Positions 1 through 10,051 of a stretch of 64,000 nucleotides of DNA are shown here, piece after piece. Numbering within the stretch: the first letter of the stretch is position 1; each line of letters begins with the position of its first letter. The notes beneath the pieces are model-generated. The model saw only the letters and a list, made by a program, of their open reading frames with translations. It made no database searches and had not been told where the DNA came from. Source of the stretch: Dehalococcoidia bacterium (GTDB lineage Bacteria > Chloroflexota > Dehalococcoidia > Bin125); NCBI GenBank assembly GCA_963663235.2, contig CAXXNO010000012.1, forward strand, positions 320,001 through 384,000, read 5' to 3'. The position numbers were made by a program, and so were the translations under genes.

Positions 1-1152
1 TCGCCGCCGTGCGCGATGCGTTCGCGGAGAACTTCGCCGTCCACGGCGAGGTCCGGCGCCGCGCTCGCCGTTACGGTCGAGAGCGAGCCTGTGGTCGACC
101 TCTGGGCCGGTCACGTCGACGCCGACCGCTCCCGTCCCTGGCAGCGCGACACCATCGTCAACGTCTACTCCACCACCAAGGGCATGGGCGCTCTCTGCGC
201 GCACATGCTGGTCGACCGCGGCCTGCTGGACCTGGACGCGCCGGTGGCCACGTACTGGCCCGAGTTCGCCCAGAACGGCAAGGAAGCGATCCCCGTGCGC
301 TGGCTGCTCAGTCATCGCGCCGGCCTCCCGGCCGTCGAGCGTTCCCTGCCGCTCGATGCCGCCTTCGACTGGGAGACCATGACGGCGGCCGTCGCGGCGC
401 AGAAGCCCTGGTGGGAGCCGGGGACACAACACGGCTACCACGCCTTCACCTTCTCCTGGCTGGTCGGCGAGGTGGTCCGACGGGTCGGCGGCAAGAGCAT
501 CGGCGCGTTCTTCCGCGATGAGGTGGCGACGCCGCTCGGGCTCAACGCCCACATCGGCATCGGCCCGGAGTTCGACGCCCGCACCGCCGACATCATCCCC
601 ACCCCGCCGCTTCCCGAGGGCCAAGTCGACCCAATGGCCCACGTGTGGGAGAACCCTGACTCGATGGAGGGCAAGGCCTTCAACAACCCACCCATGCGCC
701 GGCGCACTGTGAATACACGCGAGTGGCGCGCCGCGGAGCTCGTCGCCGCCAACGGCCACACCGACGCCCGATCCCTGGCACGGATGTACGCGCTGCTCGC
801 CAACGGCGGCGAGTTGGACGGAGTGCGCCTCCTGCGCTCGGAGACTATCGAGCGCGCCCGCGTGGAGCAGTCCAACGGCATCGACGCGGTGATCGGGAGC
901 CAGAGCCGCTTCGGCCTGGGCTTCATGCTTCCCAGTCCCATGCGCCGCTTCTCGGACAACCCTGCGGCCTTGGGCCACAGCGGCATGGGCGGGTCGCTCG
1001 GCTTCGGCGATCCCGAGGCGCGGCTCGGCGTGGGCTACGCCATGAACCAGATGCTCACCAGCGTGCCCGGCGGCGACCGGCGCTGGTGGAGCATGCTCGG
1101 CGCCATCTACGGGGCGCTGGGCCTTCCGTTCACCGCGCCGGACCCGGCCTGA
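1..1152 (+). CDS. Serine hydrolase, beta-lactamase/EstA family (5' partial; +1 frameshift near 53)
   Basis: SxxK motif (VYSTTKG), LLSHRAGL, WEPGT..GYH and GHSGMGGS. The N-terminal AVRDAFAENF..GEV is in another frame and joins GAALAV if one C near 53 is removed. Confidence 0.85.
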   Translation, partial: SPPCAMRSRRTSPSTARSGAALAVTVESEPVVDLWAGHVDADRSRPWQRDTIVNVYSTTKGMGALCAHMLVDRGLLDLDAPVATYWPEFAQNGKEAIPVRWLLSHRAGLPAVERSLPLDAAFDWETMTAAVAAQKPWWEPGTQHGYHAFTFSWLVGEVVRRVGGKSIGAFFRDEVATPLGLNAHIGIGPEFDARTADIIPTPPLPEGQVDPMAHVWENPDSMEGKAFNNPPMRRRTVNTREWRAAELVAANGHTDARSLARMYALLANGGELDGVRLLRSETIERARVEQSNGIDAVIGSQSRFGLGFMLPSPMRRFSDNPAALGHSGMGGSLGFGDPEARLGVGYAMNQMLTSVPGGDRRWWSMLGAIYGALGLPFTAPDPA

Positions 1153-1271
1153 TCCTCCAGGTCCCGGGGCGCTGTCCCGGATAGCGCACCGCCCGCCGCC
1201 CCTCTACCATGAGGGTCGAGCCGATTCGGGCGCACGCATCCAATCGTCCGGGCCTGCTCCAAGGAGTACGC

Positions 1272-1850
1272 ATGCGCGGCATGATGAAGTCCATCGTCCG
1301 GGGCGCGCAGGTGTTCGTTCGCAAGCCCGTCACCATCCACTACCCCGATGAAAAACGGCGGCTGCCCACCCGGGCCCGCACCTTCCCCTACCTGATCTGG
1401 AACCACGATCTGGGCGAGGCCAACTGCACCGGCTGCGACAAGTGCGCTAAGGCCTGCCCGGTCGACTGCATGACGACGAAACTGTCGAAGAACCCCCTGT
1501 TCGCCACGGGCGGGAGCAACCACAAGGCAGTCATCGAGGCCTTTTACATCGACTTCGGCCGCTGCATGCGCTGCAACATCTGCGTCGAAGTCTGCCCCTT
1601 CGACGCCATCGCCATGCTGCCCCTCTGGGAGGGCCACGAGCAAGCCACCTTCGACCGCCGCGAGCTGGTCTTGGACCTCGACGACCTACTCGCCCCTAGC
1701 CGCGCCGACGCCGGCATCCCCTTCTGGATCCCGGAGACCGTGCTGCAAGTCACGGAGAAGGAGCGCAAGGGCCGGGCGGAGTTCACCGCCCAGCTCAAGG
1801 CCAGCCGCGGCGAGGCGCCCGCCGAACTGCCCACGGGTACCCAAAGCTAG
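1272..1850 (+). CDS. nuoI: NADH-quinone oxidoreductase subunit I-like 2x[4Fe-4S] protein, stand-alone
   Basis: RKPVTIHYPDE, CTGCDKCAKACP and IDFGRCMRCNICVEVCPFDAI; AAGGAG RBS at 1261. Confidence 0.75.
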   Translation: MRGMMKSIVRGAQVFVRKPVTIHYPDEKRRLPTRARTFPYLIWNHDLGEANCTGCDKCAKACPVDCMTTKLSKNPLFATGGSNHKAVIEAFYIDFGRCMRCNICVEVCPFDAIAMLPLWEGHEQATFDRRELVLDLDDLLAPSRADAGIPFWIPETVLQVTEKERKGRAEFTAQLKASRGEAPAELPTGTQS

Positions 1851-1874
1851 AGTCCCCGCGCCGCGCCCCTGGCG

Positions 1875-2768
1875 TCACCGCCCGGCGCGCCCGGCCGCTT
1901 CTTCCGCCAGCGCGATCGCCCCCACCACTCCGGGGTCCGCCATCCCCGGCGGCACGATGTATCCGTCGATCTGCTCCGGGTCCCGGATCGCTTCGTGCGC
2001 CACGTAGTCGTTCAGCACCTCGCGCACCTTGGCGCGGACCTGCGCGTAGAGCCACTCCTGCTCCATGACGCCGCCGCCCAGCACCACGCGCTGCGGGGAG
2101 ATCGACAGGATCAGGTTCGCAATACCCAGTCCCAAGTAGTGCGCCTCCAGCCCCCACGCCGGATGGCTGGGCGGCAGATCCTCGGCCGGCCGCCCCCAGC
2201 GCTCGCGGATGGCCGGCCCGGCCGCCAGTCCCTCCAGGCAGTCGCGGTGATAGGGACACCGCCCCAGGTACTGATCGTCCGGGCGGCGCGGGATGCGGAG
2301 GTGTCCCATCTCGGGGTGCACGAGACCGTGCATGGGCCCGCCGTTGACCATCCCCCCTCCCCCGATCCCGGTGCCGACGGTCAGGTAGATGAACGTGTCC
2401 AGCCCCTGCGCCGCGCCCCAGCGCCCCTCCGCCAGCGCGGCCGCGTTCACGTCGGTGTCGAACGCCACGGGCATGTCCGGCCCGCCACAACCCCGCCGGA
2501 TGGCCGCCACGAAGTCGAAGTCCTGCCACGCCGTCTTGGGGGTGGTGGTGATCCGGCCGCGCTTCAGGTCCACGGGCCCAAACGACCCGATCCCGATCGC
2601 CGCCAGGTCCGGGTACGACTGGAAGAAGTCGATCGCCTCGCCCACGGTCTCCTCGGGCGTGGTGGTGTCGAAGCGCACCATGTTCGCGCCGATGTCGTCC
2701 GGCCCCGTGCCCACGGCGCAGACGAACTTCGTGCCCCCCGCTTCGATCCCTCCGAAACGCCGCGCCAT
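1875..2768 (-). CDS. ROK family sugar kinase (fructokinase-like)
   Basis: [38 protein letters not shown] and [12 protein letters not shown]. Confidence 0.9.
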   Translation of the reverse strand: MARRFGGIEAGGTKFVCAVGTGPDDIGANMVRFDTTTPEETVGEAIDFFQSYPDLAAIGIGSFGPVDLKRGRITTTPKTAWQDFDFVAAIRRGCGGPDMPVAFDTDVNAAALAEGRWGAAQGLDTFIYLTVGTGIGGGGMVNGGPMHGLVHPEMGHLRIPRRPDDQYLGRCPYHRDCLEGLAAGPAIRERWGRPAEDLPPSHPAWGLEAHYLGLGIANLILSISPQRVVLGGGVMEQEWLYAQVRAKVREVLNDYVAHEAIRDPEQIDGYIVPPGMADPGVVGAIALAEEAAGRAGR

Positions 2769-2893
2769 GACAGCCTCTCTCCCACACCACCGGCCTCCGC
2801 AGTCTAATCGCCCCGCAACGATACCGAGGCCCGTCGCGATGGGCACGCCGGCGCGGCTAGACTGCCTTCGATCCATCCGCAAGGACTGAGCCG

Positions 2894-3781
2894 ATGAACT
2901 GCTCCACCTGTGGCCGCGCCAACCGCGACGACGCCCGCTTCTGCGACGCCTGCGGCGCTCGCCTGCTGTTGCCCCGCGACGCGGCCTCGGGCGGCGGCTG
3001 CGACGTCCTCCTCACCTTCGACGTCGACGGCCCCTCCGCCTTCGTCAACCGCGACCCCACCATCGAGCGACGCCCCTCCACTTACTCGATGGGCGAGTAC
3101 GGCCCCACCGTGGGCGCGCGCCGGATTTTGAGCCTGCTGGCGGAGCACGGGCTCCACGCCTCCTTCTTCATCCCCGGCTGGGTGGCCGAGCGTCACGAGT
3201 CCCTGGTCAAGCGGATCGCCGAGGCAGGCCACGAGGTGGGCCATCACGGCTACCTGCACGAGCCCCCCGCCACGCTCGACCGCGACGCGGAAGCCGACGT
3301 GCTGGACCGCACCAGCGCCATCCTCGAGCGCCTCTGCGGCGCACCGCCGCGCGGCTACCGCTCTCCCGCCTGGGAGCTGAGCGAGAGCACCCTCGACCTA
3401 CTGGCCGAGCGCGGCTTCCTCTACGATTCCAGCCTCATGGGCGACGACGTCCCCTACCTCGTGGGCGATGAAGGCCGCCAACTCGTCGAGATCCCCGTGC
3501 ACTGGTCCCTGGACGACTACCCCTACTTCGCCTTCACCCCCCAGGACGGCCGCCGCCTCATGGCCTCGCCCTCCCACGTCTTCGACGCCTGGGCCTCGGC
3601 CTTCGAAGAACTGCACCAGCGCGGCGCACCCTTCGTCCTCACGATGCATCCCTGGATCATTGGTCGGCCCGGCCGCCTCAGGATGCTCGACCGCCTGATC
3701 GCGCACATCGAGTCGTTCCCCAACGTCCGCTTCCGCCGCGCGATCGACATGGCCGCGGACTTCGCCGGGCAATCCGCCTAG
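2894..3781 (+). CDS. Polysaccharide deacetylase (PgdA/PuuE-like) with N-terminal zinc ribbon
   Basis: [30 protein letters not shown] and MHPWIIGRP; N-terminal CSTC..CDAC. Confidence 0.85.
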   Translation: MNCSTCGRANRDDARFCDACGARLLLPRDAASGGGCDVLLTFDVDGPSAFVNRDPTIERRPSTYSMGEYGPTVGARRILSLLAEHGLHASFFIPGWVAERHESLVKRIAEAGHEVGHHGYLHEPPATLDRDAEADVLDRTSAILERLCGAPPRGYRSPAWELSESTLDLLAERGFLYDSSLMGDDVPYLVGDEGRQLVEIPVHWSLDDYPYFAFTPQDGRRLMASPSHVFDAWASAFEELHQRGAPFVLTMHPWIIGRPGRLRMLDRLIAHIESFPNVRFRRAIDMAADFAGQSA

Positions 3782-3833
3782 GATCCCGAACGAACGCTGG
3801 CCCCATGCCTGATGTTGACGCCTGGCGTTGATT

Positions 3834-3862
3834 CCTACCCCGGCCGCAGCTCCAACCGATGC
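3834..3862. repeat. 29-bp direct repeat, copy 1 (duplicate of the acylase gene 3' end)
   Basis: cctaccccggccgcagctccaaccgatgc is identical to 7102-7130. Confidence 0.9.
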
Positions 3863-3872
3863 CGCGCCGCCC

Positions 3873-5216
3873 CTACGTCCGGCGGCGAATCAGCACGAAG
3901 CCGCCCGCCGCCGCCGCGGCGGCAGCGACGATCCCCAGGATGACCGCGAGCGCGACCGAAGACCCGTCGGACGCGATGGGCTGATCGAGCCCACCGGAGC
4001 CCGTGGCCGGCAGCCCGCCCGGCGGAGCCACGCCACCGCCGGGGTCGCCAATGCTCCCGGGGTCCCCACCCTCGCCGCCGGGCCCGACACCCGCCCCGGG
4101 GTCGCCAATACTCCCGGGATCTTCACCGCCCGTGCCCGGCCCCTGGTCCGGCACATCAGGCGCACCGCCGATGCCGGACCCGTTCCCGATCTCATCGCCG
4201 TTCCCGTTCCCGTTTTCGTAGTTGTTGTCGATGAAGCACTCCGCCACCTCCGCCAGCGCGAGGGTGATGGTGCCGTCCGGCGCGCAATCCCCGCCGATCG
4301 AGACCTGCTCGTAACCCGGCGGACCGGGATCGTCTTCGCTGACCGTGTACTCGACGCCGGCATCGACCTCGGTTGCGTCGCCGCTCGTCACGACGCCTAC
4401 GCCGCCGTCGACGCGGAGCGTGAAGTCGCCTGGACCGGCGGTGCCACCGCCGTCGTTCGTCACGCGCTTGGTGACGATCAACTCCGGCGGCACATCATCG
4501 TTGGTGACCGTGCACGTCTTGTTATCTCCAGGCGCGAGCGTGATCGTGCCATCGGGCGCGCAATCCCCGCCGATCGTGCCCACATACTCCGGGCCGGGAT
4601 CGATTTCGCCGACCGTGTACACCACGCCCGGGCTGACGGTCACCGTCACACCGCTCCCCGTCGGGTTCCCGTTGAGGAACAGAGGAAAGTCGGCCTCGGT
4701 CGCCGTGCCGCCGTTGTCGTTGATCACGATCTTGGTGACGGTCAGCATCGGATCAGGGACGGTGGGGGTGTTGCGAAGCGTGCACTCGACGTCGCCTAGG
4801 GCGATCCGCACACGGAAGCATTCGCTCTCATCGGCAGTGTAACCGGGGGGGACGGTTTCCGTGACCGTACAAGTGTGATTGCTCTCGCTCCCCCCGACGC
4901 CCATCCAATTCAGCCACAGCGCCGCGCCCGGAGCAACCGTGCCGGTCACTGTCCGCTCCGGCGCAGCCGTGCTCCCGTCTTCGACGAGCGTTCCCGAGTC
5001 GCAAGTGACGCTAACTTCGACGGGGTCCGTGTTGCCGTCGTCGTATGTCTTTTCAATGTGGAGCATGCGCACGGCGCCCGTGAGGTGACCCGCGCTGCCT
5101 CCCGAGGGCGTCAGCAGCCCGATGCCCAGCGCGACCGCTGCGCCGAGGACCAGAGCCACCGCCATCGCCCGCCGCTGCCGGCGTGCCGCTTCGAAGACCT
5201 TCTCGTGACGACGCAT
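3873..5216 (-). CDS. Sortase-anchored surface protein with repeated Ig/prealbumin-like domains
   Basis: N-terminal signal/TM, repeated LTVTK.V.ND.GGT..GDCAPDGTITL..C..ND units, Gly/Pro linker, then LPATG + hydrophobic helix + RRRT. Confidence 0.8.
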   Translation of the reverse strand: MRRHEKVFEAARRQRRAMAVALVLGAAVALGIGLLTPSGGSAGHLTGAVRMLHIEKTYDDGNTDPVEVSVTCDSGTLVEDGSTAAPERTVTGTVAPGAALWLNWMGVGGSESNHTCTVTETVPPGYTADESECFRVRIALGDVECTLRNTPTVPDPMLTVTKIVINDNGGTATEADFPLFLNGNPTGSGVTVTVSPGVVYTVGEIDPGPEYVGTIGGDCAPDGTITLAPGDNKTCTVTNDDVPPELIVTKRVTNDGGGTAGPGDFTLRVDGGVGVVTSGDATEVDAGVEYTVSEDDPGPPGYEQVSIGGDCAPDGTITLALAEVAECFIDNNYENGNGNGDEIGNGSGIGGAPDVPDQGPGTGGEDPGSIGDPGAGVGPGGEGGDPGSIGDPGGGVAPPGGLPATGSGGLDQPIASDGSSVALAVILGIVAAAAAAAGGFVLIRRRT

Positions 5217-5280
5217 CCAGCACCCCCTAGCGGATCGGAAATCGTCGCGGCCCCGCCTGGAGCGGTTCGCCGCAGTGCCC

Positions 5281-6821
5281 CTACGTCCGGCGGCGAATCA
5301 GCACCAAGCCGCCCGCCGCCGCCGCCGCGACGATCCCCAGGATGACCGCGAGCGTGGCCGAAAACCCGTCGGTCGCGATGGGCTGATCGAGCCCACCGGA
5401 GCCCGTGGCCGGCAGCCCTGACGGCTGATCCAGGCCACCCGCCGGGTCCGGAAGGCCGCCCGGATCCTCACCGCCGGTCCCGGGGTCGCCGACGTCCCCG
5501 GGGTCTCCGCCGCCGGTGCCGGGCCGATCCCCGTTCCCGTTCCCATCACCGTTCCCGTTCCCGTTCCCGTTCCCGTCGTCGTCGTTATCGATGAAGCACT
5601 CCGCCGCCTCCGCCAGCGCGAGGGTGATGGTGCCGTCCGGCGCGCAATCCCCGCTGATCGAGACCTGCGTGTAGCCCAGCGGACCGGGATCGTCTTCGCC
5701 GACCGTGTACAGGACGTCGGCCATGACCTCGGTTGGGACGCCGCTCGTCACTTCGCGGCGGTCGACGCGGAGCGTGAAGTCGCTTGGAATGGCGGTGCCA
5801 CCGTCATCGTTCGTCACGCGCTTGGTGACGATCAACCTCGGCGGTATGTCGTCGTTGGTGATCGTGCAAAACCTGTTGTCTCCAGCCGCGATCGTGATCG
5901 TGCCATCGAGCGCGCAATCCCCGCCGACCGTGCCCACATAGTCCGGATTGGGATCTTCGATGATCGTGTGCACGCCCACGGCGACGGGGGTCGCCGAACC
6001 ACTCCCCGTCGGGACCCCGTCGATGAACAGCGTAAACTCGGCCACGGCCACGGCCCCGGTACCGCCGTCGTCGTTGATCACGATCTTGGTGACGGTCAAC
6101 GTTTACGGCACATCATCGTTGGTGATTGTGCAAAACCTGTTGTCGCCAAGCGCGAGCGTGATCGTGCCATCGGGCGCGCAATCCCCGCCGATCGTGCCCA
6201 CATAGCCCGGATTGGGATTTTCGCTGACCGTGTGCACGCCCGCGGTGACGGGGGTCGCCGAACCACTCCCCGTCGGGACCCCGTCGATGAACAGCGTAAA
6301 CTCGGCCACGGCCCCGGTACCGCCGTCGTTGTTGATCACGATCTTGGTGACGGTCAGGAACGTATCGCGCGTGTTTCGAAGCGTGCAGGTGACGTCGCCC
6401 CGGGCGATGTTCACACGGACACAGTCGCTCACATCGTTGGTGTAACCGGGGGGGCAGCGGTTTCCGTCACCGTGCAGGTGCCATCGATACCGCTCGCCGT
6501 TTCGCTCGTCCAATCCAGCAACAGCGGCGCGCCCGGCGCAACCGTGCCGTCCGCCGTCGCCGCCGGCGGAAGCGTGCTGCCCCGCTCGATGAGCGTTCCC
6601 GAGTCTCAAGTGACGTTGACATTGACGGGAGTCCTGCTGCCGTCGTCGTATGTCTTTTCGATGTCGAGCAGGTGCGTCCCCCCCGTCGGGTGAACCGCGC
6701 TGCCTCCCGAGGGCGTCAGCAGCCCGATGCCCAGCGCGACCGCCGCGCCAAGGACCAGAACCGCCGCCATCGCCCGCCGCGGCCTCCGTGCCGCTTCGAA
6801 GACCTTCTCGTGACCACGCAT
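5281..6821 (-). pseudogene. Tandem paralog of the LPXTG surface protein, disrupted
   Basis: Near-identical N- and C-termini and leader to 3873-5280. TGC>TGA at 6606-6608, frameshift near 6455, in-frame TAA at 6103-6105, and one extra repeat domain. Confidence 0.8.
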
Positions 6822-7101
6822 CCAGCACCCCCTAGCGGATAGGAAATCGTCGCGGCCCCGCCTGGAGTGGTTCACCGCGGTGTCCAGCGCCCGGCGCCGG
6901 CTCTCGCGCCCCGCCGGAAGAGCGGGGCAGGCCCAAGCCGTCGTTCAGGACCAAGAGCGGTGAGATGGTGGCGCAGATGAACCGCACCCAGGACATGCCC
7001 GCCTCGGTTTCTCGCAGCATGCAGGCTAGTCCCCGGTGATCGCGAGCGTCAAGACGCGGTCCACAGGCGCCGGGCCGGCCTCACCCAAGCCGGCCTAGCC
7101 C

Positions 7102-7130
7102 CCTACCCCGGCCGCAGCTCCAACCGATGC
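7102..7130. repeat. 29-bp direct repeat, copy 2 (contains the acylase stop codon)
   Basis: Identical to 3834-3862. Confidence 0.9.
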
Positions 7131-9436
7131 GCCGCCGCCGCCGCCACCTCGGTGTCCAGGTAGTGCATCGGAACACGCTCGTGCCGCCGCCAAAGCTCCA
7201 ACTGGTCCGCGTAGTGCGCCGACCCCGGCCGCCCGCTCGCCCCGCCGGGGATAGCCCAACTCGCGTGCGCAATCTCGCTCAGGTCCACCATCTGCCGGTA
7301 CACCGACAACACCTCGATGTCGAAGCCCATCCGTTCGTTCCAGTTGTACCCGGCGTTCTGCACGGTTTCGCCGTCTCCTCCCAGCGGCGCGCGCGGCGGG
7401 TTCAGCCTCTCGCCGTGCTCCGGGAACACAGCCGCCAGCGGATGCTGCGACCCCGTCCCGTGCGCCGCGTCCCACCGCCACTTCGATGCGTCCTCCCCGC
7501 ACCGCTCGGCCGCCCCCCGCCACGCCGACGCCAGCGCCTCGGGTAGCACGTCGTCCCACGCGCGGCCGTCCGGCGCTTTCTTTGACCTCTCCAGCCCCAT
7601 GCTCACGTTGTAGAACCAGGCGCCCAGCATCCGGAACGTTGATGGATTGCCGCCCGACGCCACCCAGGCCCACGCCTCCACCCCCGTCAGCGGCTCGAAC
7701 AGCGCCCCCACCACCCGGCGACGGAAGTGCGCGTACAGCAGCGCCGCCCCGCTCTCCGGCCGCAGGTTCCCGTCCCAGCCCGCCAGCATCGCCCGCGCCA
7801 ACTCCGCCTCGCCCCGCAACGGCCCCACCCGCTCCAGCAACCGCGCCCATCGCCGCGCCACCGTCGACGTCGTGTCGCCCTGCAGCGCCGCCAGCTCCGC
7901 CGGGCTGAACCGCTCCTGCGACCGCAGCACCTCCACGATCCGCTCCGCCCTCGACGGCGGGCTGAACTCGTGCGCGATGTACGGCGCGTCGCCGTCCCGC
8001 ACCGCCTGGTTCGCCGTGGCGATGAATCCCTCCGGTGGGTTGACCGCCCGTGGCATCGCCTCGAACGGCACGTTCCCCACCCATTCGTGCTCGCCCGTCC
8101 ACCCCGGCGCCGGCAACTGCCGCCCTGCCTTCGACGACCGCACCGGCAAGCGGCCCCGCGTCATGTAGCCGATGTTCCCCATCGTGTCCGCCGCCACGAA
8201 GTTGTTGACCGGGTCCACCCACCCCCGCTGGCACTCGAACAGCTCCTCCACCGTCGCCGCCCCGAGCATCGGCCGGAATACCTCGAAGCCCCGGCACGGC
8301 TCGTCGATGGCCGTGTAGCGCAGCGCCAGCGCCTGCCCCTCGCGCGGGTCCCCGAACACCAGCGGCCCGTGCGCCGTCCGCCACACATCGATCCGCCGCG
8401 GCCCCACGCCCCGCACCGCAATCGTCTCGCTCCGCCCCTCGGCCTGCGACCACCCCTCGCGGGTTCGGTAACGCCCCGGCCGGCCCGGGTCGAACTGTTC
8501 GATGTACAGGTCCTGATAGTCCGCCCCCGTGTGCGTGATCGACCAGGCCACCCGGCCGTTGTGCCCGAAGTGCGGGAAGCCCGGCAGCCCGGCGAACGCC
8601 GCCCCGATCACGTCGAACTCCGGAAAGGCCACGTGCGCCTGCCAGTAGACGTTGGGCGCCTCCAGCGGCCGGTGGGAGTCGTTGCACAACACCGGCAGCC
8701 CGGTGGTCGTCCGGCTCCCATGCACCGCCCACGAGTTCGAGCCACCCTCGCCGCCCGCGAGCCGGCCCAGTTGCTCGGCCGCGGTTGCGAAATCCTCCGC
8801 GCGCTGCGCCATGAACGGCGCCAGCCCCCCGCCCGGCGGCAGGATCACCGGCGACCCCGCCGGCGCCCGACCGTCGAGCCGCGCGTAACGCTCCGGGCCG
8901 ATCCGCGCCAGCAGCGCCGCCTGCGCCATCTTCAACGGCCACTTGCCCATGTACACGTGGCGGATCTTGAACGCGGCCACCGAGTGCCACGGCTCCCACG
9001 GCTCCGGTTCCGTCTCCGTGAGCGCGAACTCCACCGGCAGCGGCTGTCCCGACGCCAGATACGCGTTCACCCCCGCCGCGTACGCCTCGAACATCCCCCG
9101 CGTCGAGGCCGACATCGACGCCACGTCCACCTGTGCCGCCTCGGCCAGCTGCAGCCGCCGCGCCAGGATGTCCTCGGCCACCGCCGCCCCGCCCGCCACC
9201 TCCGCCCAGCGTCCCGTCGCCCGACGCCGGTCGTAGTCCATCTGCCAGAGCCGGTCCTGCGCCGCCGCGTAGCCCATCCCGAACCAGGCGTCGTGCTCGT
9301 TTTCCGCCCGGATGTGGGCGATGCCGAAGCCGTCCCGGCGCACCGTCACCGGCGCATCGAGCCCATCGACCCTGGTCACGCCGTCCAGTTGCGGCTGCGC
9401 GGCGGCGAAATCGATTCGCCCGTTGGTTCCGGCCAT
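7103..9436 (-). CDS. Penicillin acylase family Ntn-hydrolase
   Basis: VRRDGFGIAHI, AQDRLWQMD, catalytic GSNSWAV, NDSH, FIATANQ and GASGRPGSAHYADQ. Confidence 0.92.
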   Translation of the reverse strand: MAGTNGRIDFAAAQPQLDGVTRVDGLDAPVTVRRDGFGIAHIRAENEHDAWFGMGYAAAQDRLWQMDYDRRRATGRWAEVAGGAAVAEDILARRLQLAEAAQVDVASMSASTRGMFEAYAAGVNAYLASGQPLPVEFALTETEPEPWEPWHSVAAFKIRHVYMGKWPLKMAQAALLARIGPERYARLDGRAPAGSPVILPPGGGLAPFMAQRAEDFATAAEQLGRLAGGEGGSNSWAVHGSRTTTGLPVLCNDSHRPLEAPNVYWQAHVAFPEFDVIGAAFAGLPGFPHFGHNGRVAWSITHTGADYQDLYIEQFDPGRPGRYRTREGWSQAEGRSETIAVRGVGPRRIDVWRTAHGPLVFGDPREGQALALRYTAIDEPCRGFEVFRPMLGAATVEELFECQRGWVDPVNNFVAADTMGNIGYMTRGRLPVRSSKAGRQLPAPGWTGEHEWVGNVPFEAMPRAVNPPEGFIATANQAVRDGDAPYIAHEFSPPSRAERIVEVLRSQERFSPAELAALQGDTTSTVARRWARLLERVGPLRGEAELARAMLAGWDGNLRPESGAALLYAHFRRRVVGALFEPLTGVEAWAWVASGGNPSTFRMLGAWFYNVSMGLERSKKAPDGRAWDDVLPEALASAWRGAAERCGEDASKWRWDAAHGTGSQHPLAAVFPEHGERLNPPRAPLGGDGETVQNAGYNWNERMGFDIEVLSVYRQMVDLSEIAHASWAIPGGASGRPGSAHYADQLELWRRHERVPMHYLDTEVAAAAAHRLELRPG

Positions 9437-9571
9437 CGGCCCTCTCCCGCCCGGCGATGCCTCGCCGCGATGCGCCCGCGCGATGCTACCAGCCGTGGGA
9501 GCGCATTGAATCCAGTGCGCACGCGGTGCTAGCCTCGCCCTCACTCACGCCGCAAGCGAAGGAGAAACGCG

Positions 9572-10030
9572 ATGCCGAGTCTCGAAGAGCGCGTTCAGCA
9601 ACTGGAGGACATCGAGGACATCCGCCGCCTGAAGATGGACTACGCCGCCCACTGCGACAACCACTACGACGCCCCCAAGATCGCGGCGCTCTTCACAGAG
9701 GACGGCGTCTTCGAAGCCGGCGAGTTCGGCGTGCACAAGGGTCGCCAGGCCGTTCACGACCTCTTCGACCCCATCTCCGACGACTGGACCTTCGCCCTGC
9801 ACTACTACATGGGGGACAAGATCGAGGTCACGGGAGACACCGCCACCGGCACCTGGTACTTCTGGGAGCCCGCGACCATCAAAGGGATCGCCGTCTTCAA
9901 CGCCGCCACCTACTACGACGAGTACCGCAAGATCGACGGGCGCTGGTACTTCACGCTCCAGAAGATCGACTTCAAGTTCCTCACGCCCTACGAGGACGGC
10001 TGGGTCAAGACGCCGTTCGCCGACCTCTGA
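9572..10030 (+). CDS. SnoaL-like / NTF2-family protein
   Basis: LEDIEDIRRLK..YA..CD, LFTEDG and YYDEYRKIDGRW; AGGAG RBS. Confidence 0.85.
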   Translation: MPSLEERVQQLEDIEDIRRLKMDYAAHCDNHYDAPKIAALFTEDGVFEAGEFGVHKGRQAVHDLFDPISDDWTFALHYYMGDKIEVTGDTATGTWYFWEPATIKGIAVFNAATYYDEYRKIDGRWYFTLQKIDFKFLTPYEDGWVKTPFADL

Positions 10031-10051
10031 CGGCGCCGCGCTCCGGCTGCG

